Of a DNA stretch of 64,000 nucleotides, positions 37,672 through 50,163 are shown piece after piece (positions within the stretch are counted from its first letter, which is position 1; each line of letters opens with the position of its first letter). Where the stretch lies: contig NW_024704742.1 in assembly GCF_018977255.1 (NCBI RefSeq), positions 90,150,001-90,214,000 of the forward strand, written 5' to 3'. The notes beneath the pieces are model-generated. The model did no database searches. It saw nothing but the letters and a program-made list of their open reading frames with translations, and was not told where the DNA came from. Source of the stretch: Callorhinchus milii (lineage: Eukaryota). A program made the translations under genes and the position numbers.

Positions 37672-39030
37672 TGCCTCTGCCACAATCTCTGCTGCAACCT
37701 CTCCTGCTAGGATGTCAAGACCTTCATCCATGTCTTCATCGGATTCAGGCTCACTTACTCCAATGCTCTGCTCACCTGGCTCCCCAGCTCCTTGCTAGAC
37801 AAGCTGTAGACCTTGCAGAACTGTGCAGCCTCCATCCTCTCCTGCACCAGGTTCCGCGAGCCCCTCACCCCCAATCTTGCCCAGTTCCTGTGGCTTCCCA
37901 TCTCCTATGCATTTACCTCAAGATTCTCATTGGCACTTTCAAATACTTCCACGGCCTTGCCCCACCTTACCTCTGCAATCTCCTGTGATCACACTGCCCT
38001 GGGCACCCGTCTGCTCAACAAGCACCAAGCTGCTTCACACCCTCCACCATCGGTGGATGAGCTTTCCATTCTACTATCACCCATTTCACGCTGAGATACA
38101 TTGTCCACTGGGAAGCTCGCAGGGAGTTGTTTGTATTTACCATCCACCTAGTGAGGCCCAAACCGCACTTGTCAGATGTCGAACGACCAACTATAGTCTT
38201 GGGGAGGAGGAAAGCAGGGTCTCCTTGGAGCTGAACTGGCTTCAAGGTGACATACCTGGCAATGGAATGTTGGAATCGAACCAGCCCTCTGTGGCGGTCT
38301 CGGTAGTCTGGTTCCTGAGCCAGGTGGGTCTATATTATTCCAGGGCATTGCACAGCCAGCTTGGCTCATCGGTTGACCTGAAAGGACAGACCAGTCACTG
38401 GGGGAAGGGAGTCATCCCACTCAGCTCCCGTTAACCCTGCAAGCCAAAGCCCTAACAGGCAGGGTGGTCCTAGCTGGACAAGCAGTGGGACATCAAATCA
38501 ATGGAGTTTTAACCAGTTTTAGCTGGTTAGACTCCAGCATTACAGCAACGCACACTCTGGGGTCCCCAAGCCTTGGCTCTTGCCAACCTGCGCCTAATTC
38601 TTTCTGGAATTAGGTAAGCAGGATGTGTCCCTCCAGGGAAAGAGTGTGCATTCCATTCCAACAATCTATCTCTGGGATTTCCATGTGTAGGTGGGATGCA
38701 TGGAAATCTCAGCTTGGGTAGCATACTCATGGTGATGGGTTTCCGCATGTGTCAAGCTGACTAAAAAAAAATAATTCTGCCTCTACTCTCTGGAATTCCA
38801 CTCCAGTGTCCCTCTGCCTTGCCCCCTCGTTCCCCACCTCTAAAACTTGATTCAACACCTATTAACCATGTTTTCGGCCTCCTTTCCCCCTACTGCCATC
38901 ACCCAGCGCTCCCCCTCCTCACCACCACCCAGCTCCCCCTTCCCACTCAGTAAACAATCAGTTGTGTAAAGTGCTTTGAGACATCCACTCTACATGAAAG
39001 TCACTGTATAGATGCAAAATGTTGATGTGT
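37672..39030 (+). mobile_element. Old L2 split by the unclassified repeat (L2 parts about 37672-38070 and 38776-39030)
   Basis: QNCAASIL and FKYFHGLAPPYL frames; ccaccatcggtggatgagctttc resumes as ctgcctctactctctggaattcc. Confidence 0.8.
38090..38772 (+). repeat. Unclassified ~680-bp A-tailed repeat, long copy nested in L2
   Basis: Ends gtgtcaagctgactAAAAAAAAA; homologous to 28068-28750. Confidence 0.85.
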
Positions 39031-40219
39031 GCAGTTGGAAGCAATTAGGTGACCTGCAATCCCACCTAGTCTAGGGCTGCAAATTAATGGTGTTGTAAAA
39101 TTTAAATTTGCACATAAATTCAGAACTAATTGGAAAGCCAGTTTTCCACTATTCTTAATAAGACTTTCAGATTAACACTGAAGATTTTTCCACAATTTTG
39201 AGCGTTCTTACATTTTAAGACAAAATGGTCTGATAGGTTAAGACTAGGTGCAATTTCAAGCCTACGATTTCCTATGTATTACACAAAAATGTTGTCTGCT
39301 CCATCAGCTAAAAATTTTTTTTTGCTGGAAAAGTACGACATAGCCAAAAACATGCTACATAAATAAATGGGACTGATATCAAACCACTACACAACACAGA
39401 GAAGCAGAACTGGAGTATTATTTAGGCATAAAAATGATTAAAAACTCCATTTCACAATGGAAAAAAATTAATTAAGTTTTTTTTCCCCACAAAAGAGATT
39501 TTCAAAGCTGGCTTTTCATGACTTCAAAGATTAATGTATTGTTTATTATTACCAGCTCAAGCCAAAAAGAATCAATCCTGTCCCAGATCCCTTGCAGCTT
39601 CTTTGATGTGAGTGTAAACAGACTCTGGAAAGCTTACAGGTAGGATCAGGGCAGCACCAATTTAATTTCTGAAGGATATAAAAAGACGTTAGACCTGGCA
39701 TGAATGCACTGGAGAAATCTTGTATCTCATACAGTAACACATTGATTATTTCTGTTCTGTATCTTGACTGACCATCACCCAAGCTAACCGACTATTTCCT
39801 ATTATGGTTTTAAGGGCAACACAAATGATTGCATTCTTTCCCTCTGTAAATCTCCAACTTTCATTTACGCTTTCTTCACAGTCCTTTGAATCTTTTAATA
39901 TTTTGGCAATAACTCAAACTGTCCATAGTGATCATGCACATTCTAATCTCAGTACTAAAGAGGACTGTGCTCAACGCAAAAGATTAATGTCAAATTTGTA
40001 GGGATCAGTTATCCGCTCAGGTTACCTGAGGCTCTACTATTTAAAACCCTTAAAGTTTCTTTATACAGTTCTACAATTGCTGTAAAGGCTGGTTTTAGAA
40101 GCTCCCTGATTCTTGAACACATCACAGATCATGGACAATCTTTGGTGGGAAAATGACATAAAAAAACAGGAAGTCAATGTCACCAACAGGTAAACTTATC
40201 AGGAGCTCCATGGAATCAA

Positions 40220-40680
40220 ATACTCCCGGTGTCCTAGCCAACAATACTGGAGGTTAAGTTAGTTGTGGTTGTTTGTGGGACACTGCACTTACAAAATACC
40301 CAGTCAGTACACTTTACAATGCATTCTAGAAAGTGCTTTGAGACTGCCTCCTGACATGAAAAATGCTATATCAAATGTAAGGACTATAATGATAGTATAG
40401 TCCTTAGCTCAGCAGAATAAACATTTCTAACTTTAAACCAAGTTCTCCTCTTCCTGTTCAAAATATTGTAAAAGATGCTGTGGCACTATTCAAAAAGAGA
40501 AGGGAGTTACTTCCGGTGTCCTGGCCACCAAATCCCCAGATAAAATTAGATATTCACAGTTGGTTTTTTTGTGGCATTTTACTATGTGTAAGTTGACTAC
40601 TGTGTTCACCTATAAATACAGTCACTACAGTACATTTGTGAAGCGTTTTGAGACGATTTGTTGATGTGATAAGGTGCAGA
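40220..40680 (+). mobile_element. Two tandem old Deu-SINE 3' fragments (about 40220-40390 and 40465-40680)
   Basis: ccggtgtcct(a/g)gcca; aaagatgctgtggcactattcaaaaagagaagggagtt. Confidence 0.72.
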
Positions 40681-40984
40681 TAGTAGTGTTCCACTGGTGT
40701 AGTAGTGTAAAATACTTTCCTTTAATGCTTCCAGTACAATGAATCACAGGAACACCAGAAACACTCATTTTTACATGAGTTGTGTTTATGTATCAGGCAA
40801 GACTGATAATTAAGCCATGCACGTATCCAAAAGAGAATAAAAACAGAAGGATCCTGCAGTAAAAATACCTTTATCAGAGGTCACGTATAATTGCTTTCCT
40901 ACATCAATATAAGATGAAGATTTTATTACTAAACTTTGCATGAGTTAGTTTGGAGCATTGAAGTAGAGATTCTGGACAATATGT

Positions 40985-41170
40985 CATAGAATCACAGAAT
41001 CATAGAATTATAAAGCACAAAAGGAGGCCATTCGGCCCATCGTGTCTGTTCCGGCTCTTTGAAAAGAGCTATCCAATTCAGTCCCACTCCCCCGCTCTTC
41101 CCCATAGCCCTGCAAACTTGTCCTCCCCAAGTAATTATCTATTTGGGGAAGACAAGTTTGCAGGGCTATG
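40985..41170 (-). mobile_element. CR1 3' tail with a fold-back at its 5' truncation
   Basis: (CATAGAAT)-type octamer tail, ggaggccattcggcccatc; 28-bp inverted repeat 41103-41130 / 41143-41170. Confidence 0.85.
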
Positions 41171-41861
41171 AGGCTACAATTATCTAACGCCCACAGCACT
41201 GACATTAATCTGTCACTTTGCCAGAGGTATTTGATGATATAACAAAGAATATTGTGCGGAGTAGCCAAACCACAATGTCTACAAGGAAAGATGAGTTTAA
41301 TCCTAATACTGTAGCATGCACTGCAATGAATAGATGCATTGTCGGCTCATATGGTATTGGAAAAAGGTTTGAGGATCAGATGGTTAAACAGTCATTTTAA
41401 GATTGTAATTGTTTGAAATTAAGGAACAAAGTAGAGAATTCTTTCAAAAGAACATGCATTGTGTTCAGTCGTTAGTTCTGTCTTTTGGAACTAATTTGTG
41501 TTTTGGTTTATTTTCTGAATTCTTAGAGATAAGACAACTTCGACATGTTTGGACTTAGATACATTTGAAACAGGGCATTATGTTACCAGTGTTGGCATTA
41601 CAATAATCAGGCCATTTCTGGCAAGAAGCTGATTTTTTAAAAGCCACACTGCGCTAATCCTCTCAGGAGCAAAAGAAAAACGCAACAGTGCAATTTAAGA
41701 ACGCGGTTCTCTGATGGGTCACCTTTAATTTTTCTCTGCAATGACTAGAGACTTATGTTGTCTCTAATAAAAGTATTTTCTTTACCATCACATTGAAGGA
41801 GGGGAGGGAGCAAAGGCAGTGTGAAACATCAAACCAAGATCGATTCACTAAGGCAATCAAA

Positions 41862-42085
41862 CAAGGTTTAGGGTTGCAAAGGGCAATTTCAGATCTGATA
41901 TCGAGAAGCTTCTCTTTACCAGAGTAAGTAACGACTGGAACAGGTTGCTAAGAGGGTTGGTTGACCCTGGATTAAATTTAAAAAGACAGCTTCATGCTGT
42001 AATGGTGGGATGGTAGGTTGGGTATTCCTGGATGAGGTCAGATGGGCCAAAGGGTCTTCTTCATCCAAACTGATTTTGTGAGCCT
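41862..42085 (+). mobile_element. CR1 3' end
   Basis: ctttaccagagtaagtaacgactggaacaggttgc; homologous to 53480-53695. Confidence 0.78.
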
Positions 42086-42647
42086 GACATCATGCTTTTG
42101 GAACCGTTGAGCATTTACACATTGAGAAAATATATCGTACAAACCTCAGTACTGAAGCAATTACAACAATTCTATCCTTATCTGTGATATTGTACAAAAT
42201 AACTCTACCTTCACTGCCTTCACAGTGAAGATAGAATCAGACTCCAATATAACCATAAACAAATTAATGAATTAAAAAGTGCAATATCATGCTCCTACAT
42301 TGTTTAAAAGCTCCTCTCAGAACATCCTAGAGGAAGAAGGGAATACAATAATGATTTACATTTTCTATGGTGCCTTTCATGTGGAGAGGACATTTCAAAT
42401 CATTTCATACAGCTAACTTGGAATAGTGGTATTCGAGTGGATGGGCGAGGAATTAGGAGAGGGGAGGCTCATGTGGTACAACTGCTACTATTTTACACCA
42501 ATTACACCAATCATCAAAGAAAGGTAGAGTACAATTCAACAGAGCACTGCACCCCTTATCATCTGCAAGATCTCTGTAACCATCTCATAAAATAAAGAGG
42601 AAATGAGAACCTGCTGCTACAGCCTGTAAAATAAATTCCAGTAACAC

Positions 42648-42870
42648 CTTTTTTTTTGGTTTGACCCATGACACAAAACCAATCTCTGTGCTTAAGAGGA
42701 TACAAACCAAACAGAGTGCACATATGTATGCCACATACACATGGGAATGTTCTTGTGTATGGATTGTGTAATCTCTCCCTGGACATATTTACCTAATTCT
42801 GAGTATTAGGTACAGGTTGGCAAGAACCAAGGCTTGGGGCGTGGATTTGGGTACTGCTGGAATGTAACAT
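42648..42870 (-). repeat. Unclassified A-tailed repeat, truncated copy
   Basis: T-run then gcttaagaggatacaaacc...ggttggcaagaaccaaggcttgggg. Confidence 0.8.
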
Positions 42871-43081
42871 CTTGTGTGTCACCTTCAAGTCTGATCACAG
42901 AAGCATGAACAGGAGGAATCATCTGTCAGTGATGGTCATGTCCAATAATAACAAGAAACAATTCAAGAGAAATATAGTCCGAAAGTAAAGGCTTGAAGGG
43001 AATATGAGGAAAAGCAGGGCAGTGGAAGTGAATGGAAACAGCTTGCTCTGAGAGCCAGTGGAGACTCAATTCTGTGAAAGA

Positions 43082-43692
43082 TAATAACAACAACAAAATT
43101 ACATTTGTGTAGCGCCTTTCATGTCAGGAGGATGTCCCAAGGTGCTGGACAATCAGCGTTTCAGACCCAAGCTGGGGGTTGGGATCAGGGAGGGTGGAGG
43201 GCAGGAGGGGAAGGAGGGAGATCGAAGGCACGATCGAAGAGAAGGGTCTTGAGATGGGTCTTGATGGAGGCAAAGGAAGGGGCAAGGGACTGCGAGATGG
43301 AGTTCCAAAGGATGGGAGCAGAGTGCATGAAAGCCCATCCGCCAATGGTGGGGCGGGCGAGACAGGGGAACCATCAAGCAAGCCGGAGCCCACTGAGTGG
43401 CGGAAACTGGTATGTGGCTAGGGGGTTAGGAGGTCGCAGAGGTAAGGGGGAGCAAGGCCATGGAGGGCTTTGAAGGTGAGGATCTTGAAATTACACTGTA
43501 TTCTCTGTGTGATGGGAAGCCAGTGGAGTCGGGCGAGGATAGGGGTGATAGGGTCACGGAACCTGGTGTGGGAGAGGATACGGGCTGCAGAGTTCTGGAT
43601 GATCTGCAGCCTATGGAGGGAGGGGTTGGCGAGGCTGACAAGCAGGGAGTTTACATAGTCAAGCCTCAATGTTATGAATGTGTGTATGAGCA
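43082..43692 (-). mobile_element. L2 3' fragment
   Basis: LIHTFITLRLDYVNSLL...LQIIQNSAARIL...ITPILARLHWLP; tail. Confidence 0.92.
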
Positions 43693-44149
43693 ACCATATG
43701 TTCTGTAAATTTCAATGATTCTATGACGATGTAAACTATACAAATTTATTATAGGTTCTAACTGAAGCTTGTGGACTTCTGTTTTAACCATCAGAGACCC
43801 GATTGTTTCTAAGCCTGAAATTATGATTTTTCCAAAATTCTACACAATCTTAAATTGTAAGGTAATGGTCTCAAAACTCAGACAATCAGAGGTCACAAGC
43901 CTGGGTTTTCAGCACAAGGCAATTTGAGGGTTACAGTAGTCAACTTTGGAATTGTGAATTTCATCTCAATTCTTACATTAAAACATCAACACCAAAATCG
44001 ATGTGCAGGTTAAATCTGGTCATTTCTGTGAGATTTTGATTCAAAATAGTGGGTGATAGCAAAATACAAGAGAGTTCCCCTTCTGACACAGGCAAAAAGA
44101 AAGAGAGAGGATGGAAGTGAGCATAAAATTGAAAGAGAGAATGAAATAA

Positions 44150-44511
44150 AAATTATTCCTTGCATTTGATATAACACCTTATCACATCTTTGAGACATCT
44201 CAAAGCTCTTCACAGAATATACTGTAAAGTGTATTCACTGTATCTTTCATGGGCGAAACACAGCAGCCAACTGCACACAGCAGTGTCCCACAAACAGTAG
44301 TGAATTGAAGTGACACACTTTTTTTTTAAGGAATTATTACCCCAGGAAAAGTGATTCACCAATGGACTAACAATCAGGATCCTATTTACTGCTAAATAAA
44401 CAGAGGCGTTTGGAATAAGGAAACTTGCCCAATATTTTGCCCTACCGGGAATAGAACCCAAGTCTCTTGCTTGCGAGACGAGTGCTCTAATCACTAAGCT
44501 ATAGGACTCCA
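44150..44511 (-). mobile_element. tRNA-SINE, long subfamily
   Basis: Collinear with 28828-29200. Confidence 0.9.
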
Positions 44512-45361
44512 CACGGAGAGAGAGACACGCACAACAAAAGGAAGTGACAGAGAAAGACACGGCAGAATGGACACAGACAGAAGGCTCAATTTTTCAAATC
44601 AAATAACTTTTCTGATTTTCAAAGCAAAAAACAGAAATTGGAAACAAAACGTTCGCCATGTAAAGCAAATCTAACAAAAATAGCTCCAATTACAGTTTTG
44701 AGAATAGCACTTGTTCGAGTGTGTTCTAAGGTAGTAACACAATCTTGGTGTTTGACACAACCGTGATAGAGCACTGCTTTACACCACCACACTCAATTTG
44801 TCCCTGCCTTGCTACACACTCCAGCCTGCGCTCCTTTACATCTGGGTAATTTGATGTAAAGGAATTTGGACAACAGACAGCAAACAGCACCCCCTGCTGT
44901 CTAATAACAATACTAGCCGGCACAGGCCCTTGAGAAAATAGAGGAACAATAATAATATAATCCTTGCATTTGATGCATTTGATCACTTTACCGTATATTG
45001 AAGCAATTGATGCAAGTTGGGTTCTTAGAAATAAACTCCCTTATAGATTTTCCCCAGATCACCATTATCTTTACAAAATCATCTCCAACTACAATGAGCT
45101 GAACCATGAAGCAACTCTCTGGTTTGTAAGTAACATGTCCTTTCACTGCCAATGCTTCTATGCACAAGTCCCTCCATGTTGAGACATTGACCTCTTGCTC
45201 CTGTCCACCCCACTGATCTACCCACTCTTTTTATAAACTATATATAGCTTTAATCTTTTAAGATTAAATGCTCAGAGTCCAAGAATAATTGACAATTCCA
45301 CTCTTCATGAAATGAAATTCCTGCTTGTTTAGCAACAAATTTAACTTTACACTATTACACG

Positions 45362-45680
45362 TGGAGTCCTGTAGCTCAGTGGTTAGAGCACTCGCTTTGC
45401 AAGTGAGAGACCTGAGTTCAATTCCAGGCAGAGGGCGAAACCTTGGGCAAGTTTCCTTACTCCACACAGAGCCTAATAATAATCCCTCCAAAAACAATAA
45501 TAAATTGGTCATTTTCAATCTACGACTGTTTGTGGGACATTGCTGTGCGCAATTGGCTGCCGCGTTCGCCCACAAATATAAATCAATTCACTTTACAGTG
45601 TGTTCTGTGAAGCGCTTTGGGACGTCCTCCCGACGTGAAAAGCGCTATATCAAATGCAAGGATTATTATTATTATTATTA
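45362..45680 (+). mobile_element. Young tRNA-Ala-derived SINE, short subfamily
   Basis: ggagtcctgtagctcagtggttagagcactcgctttgcaagtgag...; stem-loop tail and (ATT)n. Confidence 0.93.
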
Positions 45681-45720
45681 TATTCTGTGAAGTGCTTTGA
45701 GACGTCCAGAAGACGTGAAA

Positions 45721-45978
45721 AGCGCTTCACAGAATATATGGTAAAATGAATTGACTGTATATTTGTGGGCAAAATGTGGCAATCAATTGCGCACAGCAAT
45801 ATCCCACAAACAGTCGTGGATTGAAGTGCCCAATTTATTATTGATTTTCTTTTCTTGAGGGATTATTATCAGGTGTGTTGGTGTAAGGAAACTTGCCCAA
45901 GGTTTCGCCCTGCCAGGAATTGAACCCAGGTCGCTCACTTGCAAGGCGAGTGCTCTAACCACTAAGCTACAGGACTCT
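45721..45978 (-). mobile_element. tRNA-SINE, short form, tail missing, inverted relative to its neighbour
   Basis: Head at about 45905-45978; joins a plus-strand tail remnant at the palindrome AGCGCT. Confidence 0.88.
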
Positions 45979-46478
45979 ACAAATACTAGGATTGGAAATT
46001 AACTCATTTAACTTCGACTTTGTATGATTCTTGGTTTGGGCTATTTTCCCACCAGGAATATCTAAAATACAGCATGAAAAAAGATTTGGGCTTTTTATGA
46101 ATATAATGGAAACATACTGAGTAATGGAGTGGGTGTGTGGGGGGAAAGTGTCAAAGACAGTTTTCAGCAGAAATAAAGTTTAAAGAAATATTTATATTCT
46201 GTCCAAATTACATGTACTTCCATATTAAATCTGTGAAACATGTGAAAGGTCACACTTATCACTGGGTCACCAAAGATGCCTGCTACAAACCGTGTTCCCA
46301 TATATGCAAAGCGAATCTAAGCTGTTACCTTAGGTGCTGTGAAGGTACTGGCTGTTTGCACTCTGAGGTGCTCTACCGAAAGGCAGGGGACCAGGATTTT
46401 TCCCCACAATCCTCCAGCCAGTGAGTCCCTGATTTCACTTATGCCTTTGTGGGCCCTCTAAGACATTAGCCTGCATAC

Positions 46479-46799
46479 TGGAGTTCTGTAGCTCAGTGGT
46501 TAGAGCACTCGGTTTGCAAGCGAGAGACCTGAGTTCAATTCCAGGCAGAGGGCGAAACCTTGGGCAAGTTTCCTTACTCCACACGCCTAATAATAATCCC
46601 TCCAAAACCAAAAACAATAATAAATTGGTCATTTTCAATCTACGATTGTTTGTGGGACATTGCTGTGCGCAATTGGCTGCCGCGTTCGCCCACAAATATA
46701 CAAGTCAATTCACTTTACAGTGTGTTCTGTGAAGCGCTTTGGGACGTCCTCCCGATGTGAAAAGCGCTATATCAAATGCAAGAATTATTATTAATATTA
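46479..46799 (+). mobile_element. Young tRNA-SINE, short subfamily
   Basis: Near-identical to 45362-45680. Confidence 0.93.
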
Positions 46800-47089
46800 T
46801 GAAGGGCACTATATAAATGCAAGTCGTTGATGTTACGGGTTGAAGGCACTGGAGCTGACTAAATATTTTGCAAACGGTCTGTGTCACTGATTTCATAATT
46901 TTGAGCTGGGTCTTTGGTTTTCAATTAGTTTCAGTTGCAGCACAAGGAGATTATCCAGAGGAAATGCAATTGAAAGCTTTGGAACTTAGTCTCTCCTGTT
47001 AAACTGAGAATATTGCAGCACTGGGGCAAAACCATAGAGAAGGCGGGATGAGGGGCAGTCACAGTGAGCAGCAGGATTACTCAGGCAAA

Positions 47090-47320
47090 TGTAACAATAA
47101 ATTACATTTGTAAAGCGCATTTCACATCGGGAGGATGTCACAAGGCCTTGGACAGTCAAGGATTTGGACCACAGTTAGGGGTTGGGATCAGGAGGGGTGG
47201 AGGACAAAGAAAGTAGAGATAGGAGGGTGGCCAAATGCACGGTTGTGGAGGAGGGTCTTGAGACGTGCCTTGACGTGCAAGGGAGAGAGCGAGGCGAAAG
47301 GACTGTGGGATAGATTTCAT
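47090..47320 (-). mobile_element. L2 3' tail fragment
   Basis: attacatttgtaaagcgc...gagggtcttgagacgtgccttga. Confidence 0.82.
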
Positions 47321-47867
47321 AACAGAAGCTCTTCAGGGTATGAATTAGAGAACCTGCGCTGCAGGCAACTGCAGTTGGTTAGAGGTGATGATCATCAAAT
47401 CAAATTGGAATCCAGACTCACCTAAACTTCAGAGCTTTGGCAGAAATGAGACAAATCTAAAACGTCTCCTGTCAGGTTTCATATTTTCAATTGTATTTCC
47501 TTCGGCAATCTCCGTGTGGGCACAGCTACAAGTATTTTGAAACTCGAGTCACATTGTTATTTTTTCCAAGCACCATGAAGGCTCTAGTTGTCATGGAGTA
47601 CATAACATTGACACTTCTATGGGGCTGGCTCACTACAGAGTTTTGCTGAACAGAGATGAGATCAGCCCACCCAACCGAGAATGGATCAATAACTCCAGCC
47701 ATAGTCCTAAAGAGGAAATGCAATCAATTGAATAAGCCACGATTCTCAGAAATGTTGCAAAGAGAGACATCTACGTTCAGTCCACCAATCCATGAGGCCA
47801 CTGGAGATATTAGGAAGGCAAAGCAAATTGAGTTTCTGCACAATTTGTTCCCAGGCAGCTCTTGATC

Positions 47868-48000
47868 AGAGAAATTCCACCTGGTCTGATTTTCTCTATT
47901 TATGTAGCATTTTAGTGTGCTCAGAATTTGGCAAAATGAAATACAGCCTTAATTTTCATTTAAATACATCCTTAATTCTTTTAGGAATTACAAAAAAACA
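47868..48000. mobile_element. Palindromic MITE family, partial copy
   Basis: agagaaattccacctggtctg...agcattttagtgtgctcagaatttggcaaa. Confidence 0.65.
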
Positions 48001-48154
48001 ATTCCTTGTTCCACTACTTGTGTTGGTCATTTTCTCCTATTTTCTAGTTATTAAAAATAATTTTCCGCATTACTATTTTTTCCTCTATTGGTGGTGCTTA
48101 TTGTGAAGCTGATCCCTTGTTAATGAATTTCTTTACACGATGGAAAGCGTGCAT

Positions 48155-48825
48155 CAGATAAGCTCAGTTGGTTGCACTCTCGCCTTTGAAGGTTTGTGGG
48201 TTCAAGCTCCACTTCGGGTTGTGTATATATTACTCATATAGTCTATGCTGACAGTCCAGGTGAATATTAAAGATCCCGTGACATTGTTCAGAAATAGCAG
48301 GGAGTTTCTCCCAGTATTCTGGCTAACAATCCCTTAAATAAAATTTGTCATGTACTTCATAGCTGTTTGTGGGACATTGCTACGTTCAAATTGGCTGCTA
48401 CATTCACAGTCTACCCACTTTACAGTAAATCCTGTAAAGTGCTTTAAGTCTTCCTGCCAATGTGATTTAAACTGTAAAAACATAATAATAATAATCATTG
48501 CATTTGATATAGTATCTTATTACATCAGAAGGATGTCTCAAAGTGCTTCACGAGATTTACTGTGCACTTGTAGGCAAATGCGGCTGCACAATTGCACACA
48601 TCAACATCAACATGGCCATGAAACTAATACCAATGTTATTTGGGGGATTGTTAGCCAGGATTCCAGGAAAACTCCTTTCTCTTTTCGAAGATCTTTTTGG
48701 AATATTTAACGTCCACCTGAACAGGCAGATGGCACCTCCGTTTAATGTCTCATCTGAAGGACGGCGCCTCCAAAAATGCAACACATCCCCAGCACTGCTT
48801 TGGAGCGTCAGCTTAGACTATTTGG
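48155..48825. mobile_element. Two old Deu-SINEs tail-to-tail (plus about 48155-48490; minus about 48485-48825)
   Basis: agctcagttggttgcactctcgcc head; aaagatcccgtgacatt; antisense aacgtccacctgaacaggcag...gaaggacggcgcctcc. Confidence 0.8.
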
Positions 48826-49029
48826 ATCAATGAAATAGATGGATGGAGACAACATCATTGGTGGTTTGACCAGGACAGTCACAATCCTATGAGCAAGGGC
48901 AGCAGCTAGAATGTTGTGATAGTGATATTTGCTACAAGTGGCAAAAGCTCACCTCTGATCAATACAACAACTTGCATTTATATAGTGCCCTTCACAAAGA
49001 GTTTACAATAGTGTTGATGGCTGTGGTGG

Positions 49030-50163
49030 TGTTCAAAGTGGTGGTGAAAGTCACAACTGACATTCTCTCTATCTGTGACCAGGGCTCCCTCTGCCTTCTC
49101 ATCCTCTTGGATCTCTCTGCCACATTCAACACAGTCAACCACACCATCCTCCTCCATTGGCTCTCCTACCTCATCTACCTCAGTGGGACCATACTCTCAT
49201 GGTTCGAGTCCTACTTAACCAACTTCCTCAATTTCATCTCAGCAAATGGTTATTCCTCTCGCCCCCGTAAACTTCCACATGTATGCGGATGACACACAAA
49301 TTTACTTTGCCTCCTCCAGTACCAACTCTAGGTCTGCCAATGTTCTAGCAGATTGTCTGACAGACATCAAGGCCTGAATGAGTGAAAACTTCCTGAAACT
49401 GAATATGGACAGGACGGAAGCCATACTCCTTTGCTCCCATCAACGTCTTCACTCCTGCAGATCTAAACTCCTCAACCAACCTGGGCCCTCCCTCAGACTC
49501 GCCGAACCAGTGCGTAACCTAGGCATCCGGTTCGACCCCCAACTATCCTTCCTCTCCCACATCCGGTCCCTGACCAGGACCAGGACTGCTTTCTTCCACC
49601 TCCACCACATTGCCCGACTCCGACTGTACCTTCCCCAAATTCAGCCGAAACCCTCGTGCATGCGTTTGTCACCTCCCACTTGGATTACTCCAATGCACTC
49701 CTTGCCGGTCTCCCCAACTCCACCATTCACAAGATCCAGCTCATTCAAAACTCTGCCACCTGCATACTGATCCAGACCAAACTCCGTACCCACACTCACC
49801 AGTTCTGGCCAGGCTCCCTGGCTTCCCATCACTGAATGGATCGACTTCAAGATCCTCACACTCGTGTTCAAATCCATTCACTCCTTGGCACCTCCCCACC
49901 TCTGCTCAATAGGCACCGGCCTCCTGCTCATCTCTCACACTGTCCACCCCACCATCAGAGGTTGTGCTTTCAGCCACTACACTCCGAAACTCTGGGACAC
50001 TCTCCTTTAATCCCTCCCCCTTTCCCCTTCTCTCCCCTCTTTCGAGTCCCGATTGAAAACTTTCGTGTTTGACCACCTCCCACTTCAGGCACTGGCACTG
50101 TTAAGTGCTCTGAGAAGCTACCCTGCATGGAGTGCACTGTATAAGTGCAAATTGTTGTTGTTG
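49030..50163 (+). mobile_element. L2 LINE fragment with decayed RT and internal deletions
   Basis: LILLDLSATFNTVNHTILL..WFESYL; atgtatgcggatgacacacaa (MYADDTQ); MSENFLKLNMDRTE; (GTT)n tail. Confidence 0.92.

Noticed and set aside
41218..41400. Possible plus-strand exon (EVFDDITKNIVRSSQ...)
   Set aside because: Plausible acceptor but poor donor and no recognisable protein
45362..45435. tRNA-Ala genes (here and at the other SINE heads)
   Set aside because: A/B boxes and anticodon arm are present, but there is no proper acceptor stem or terminator and each runs into a SINE body and tail
45325..46760. Repeated ORF peptide (ESCSSVVRALA...[14 protein letters not shown]) as a gene family
   Set aside because: It is a translation of SINE copies, with frames differing between copies
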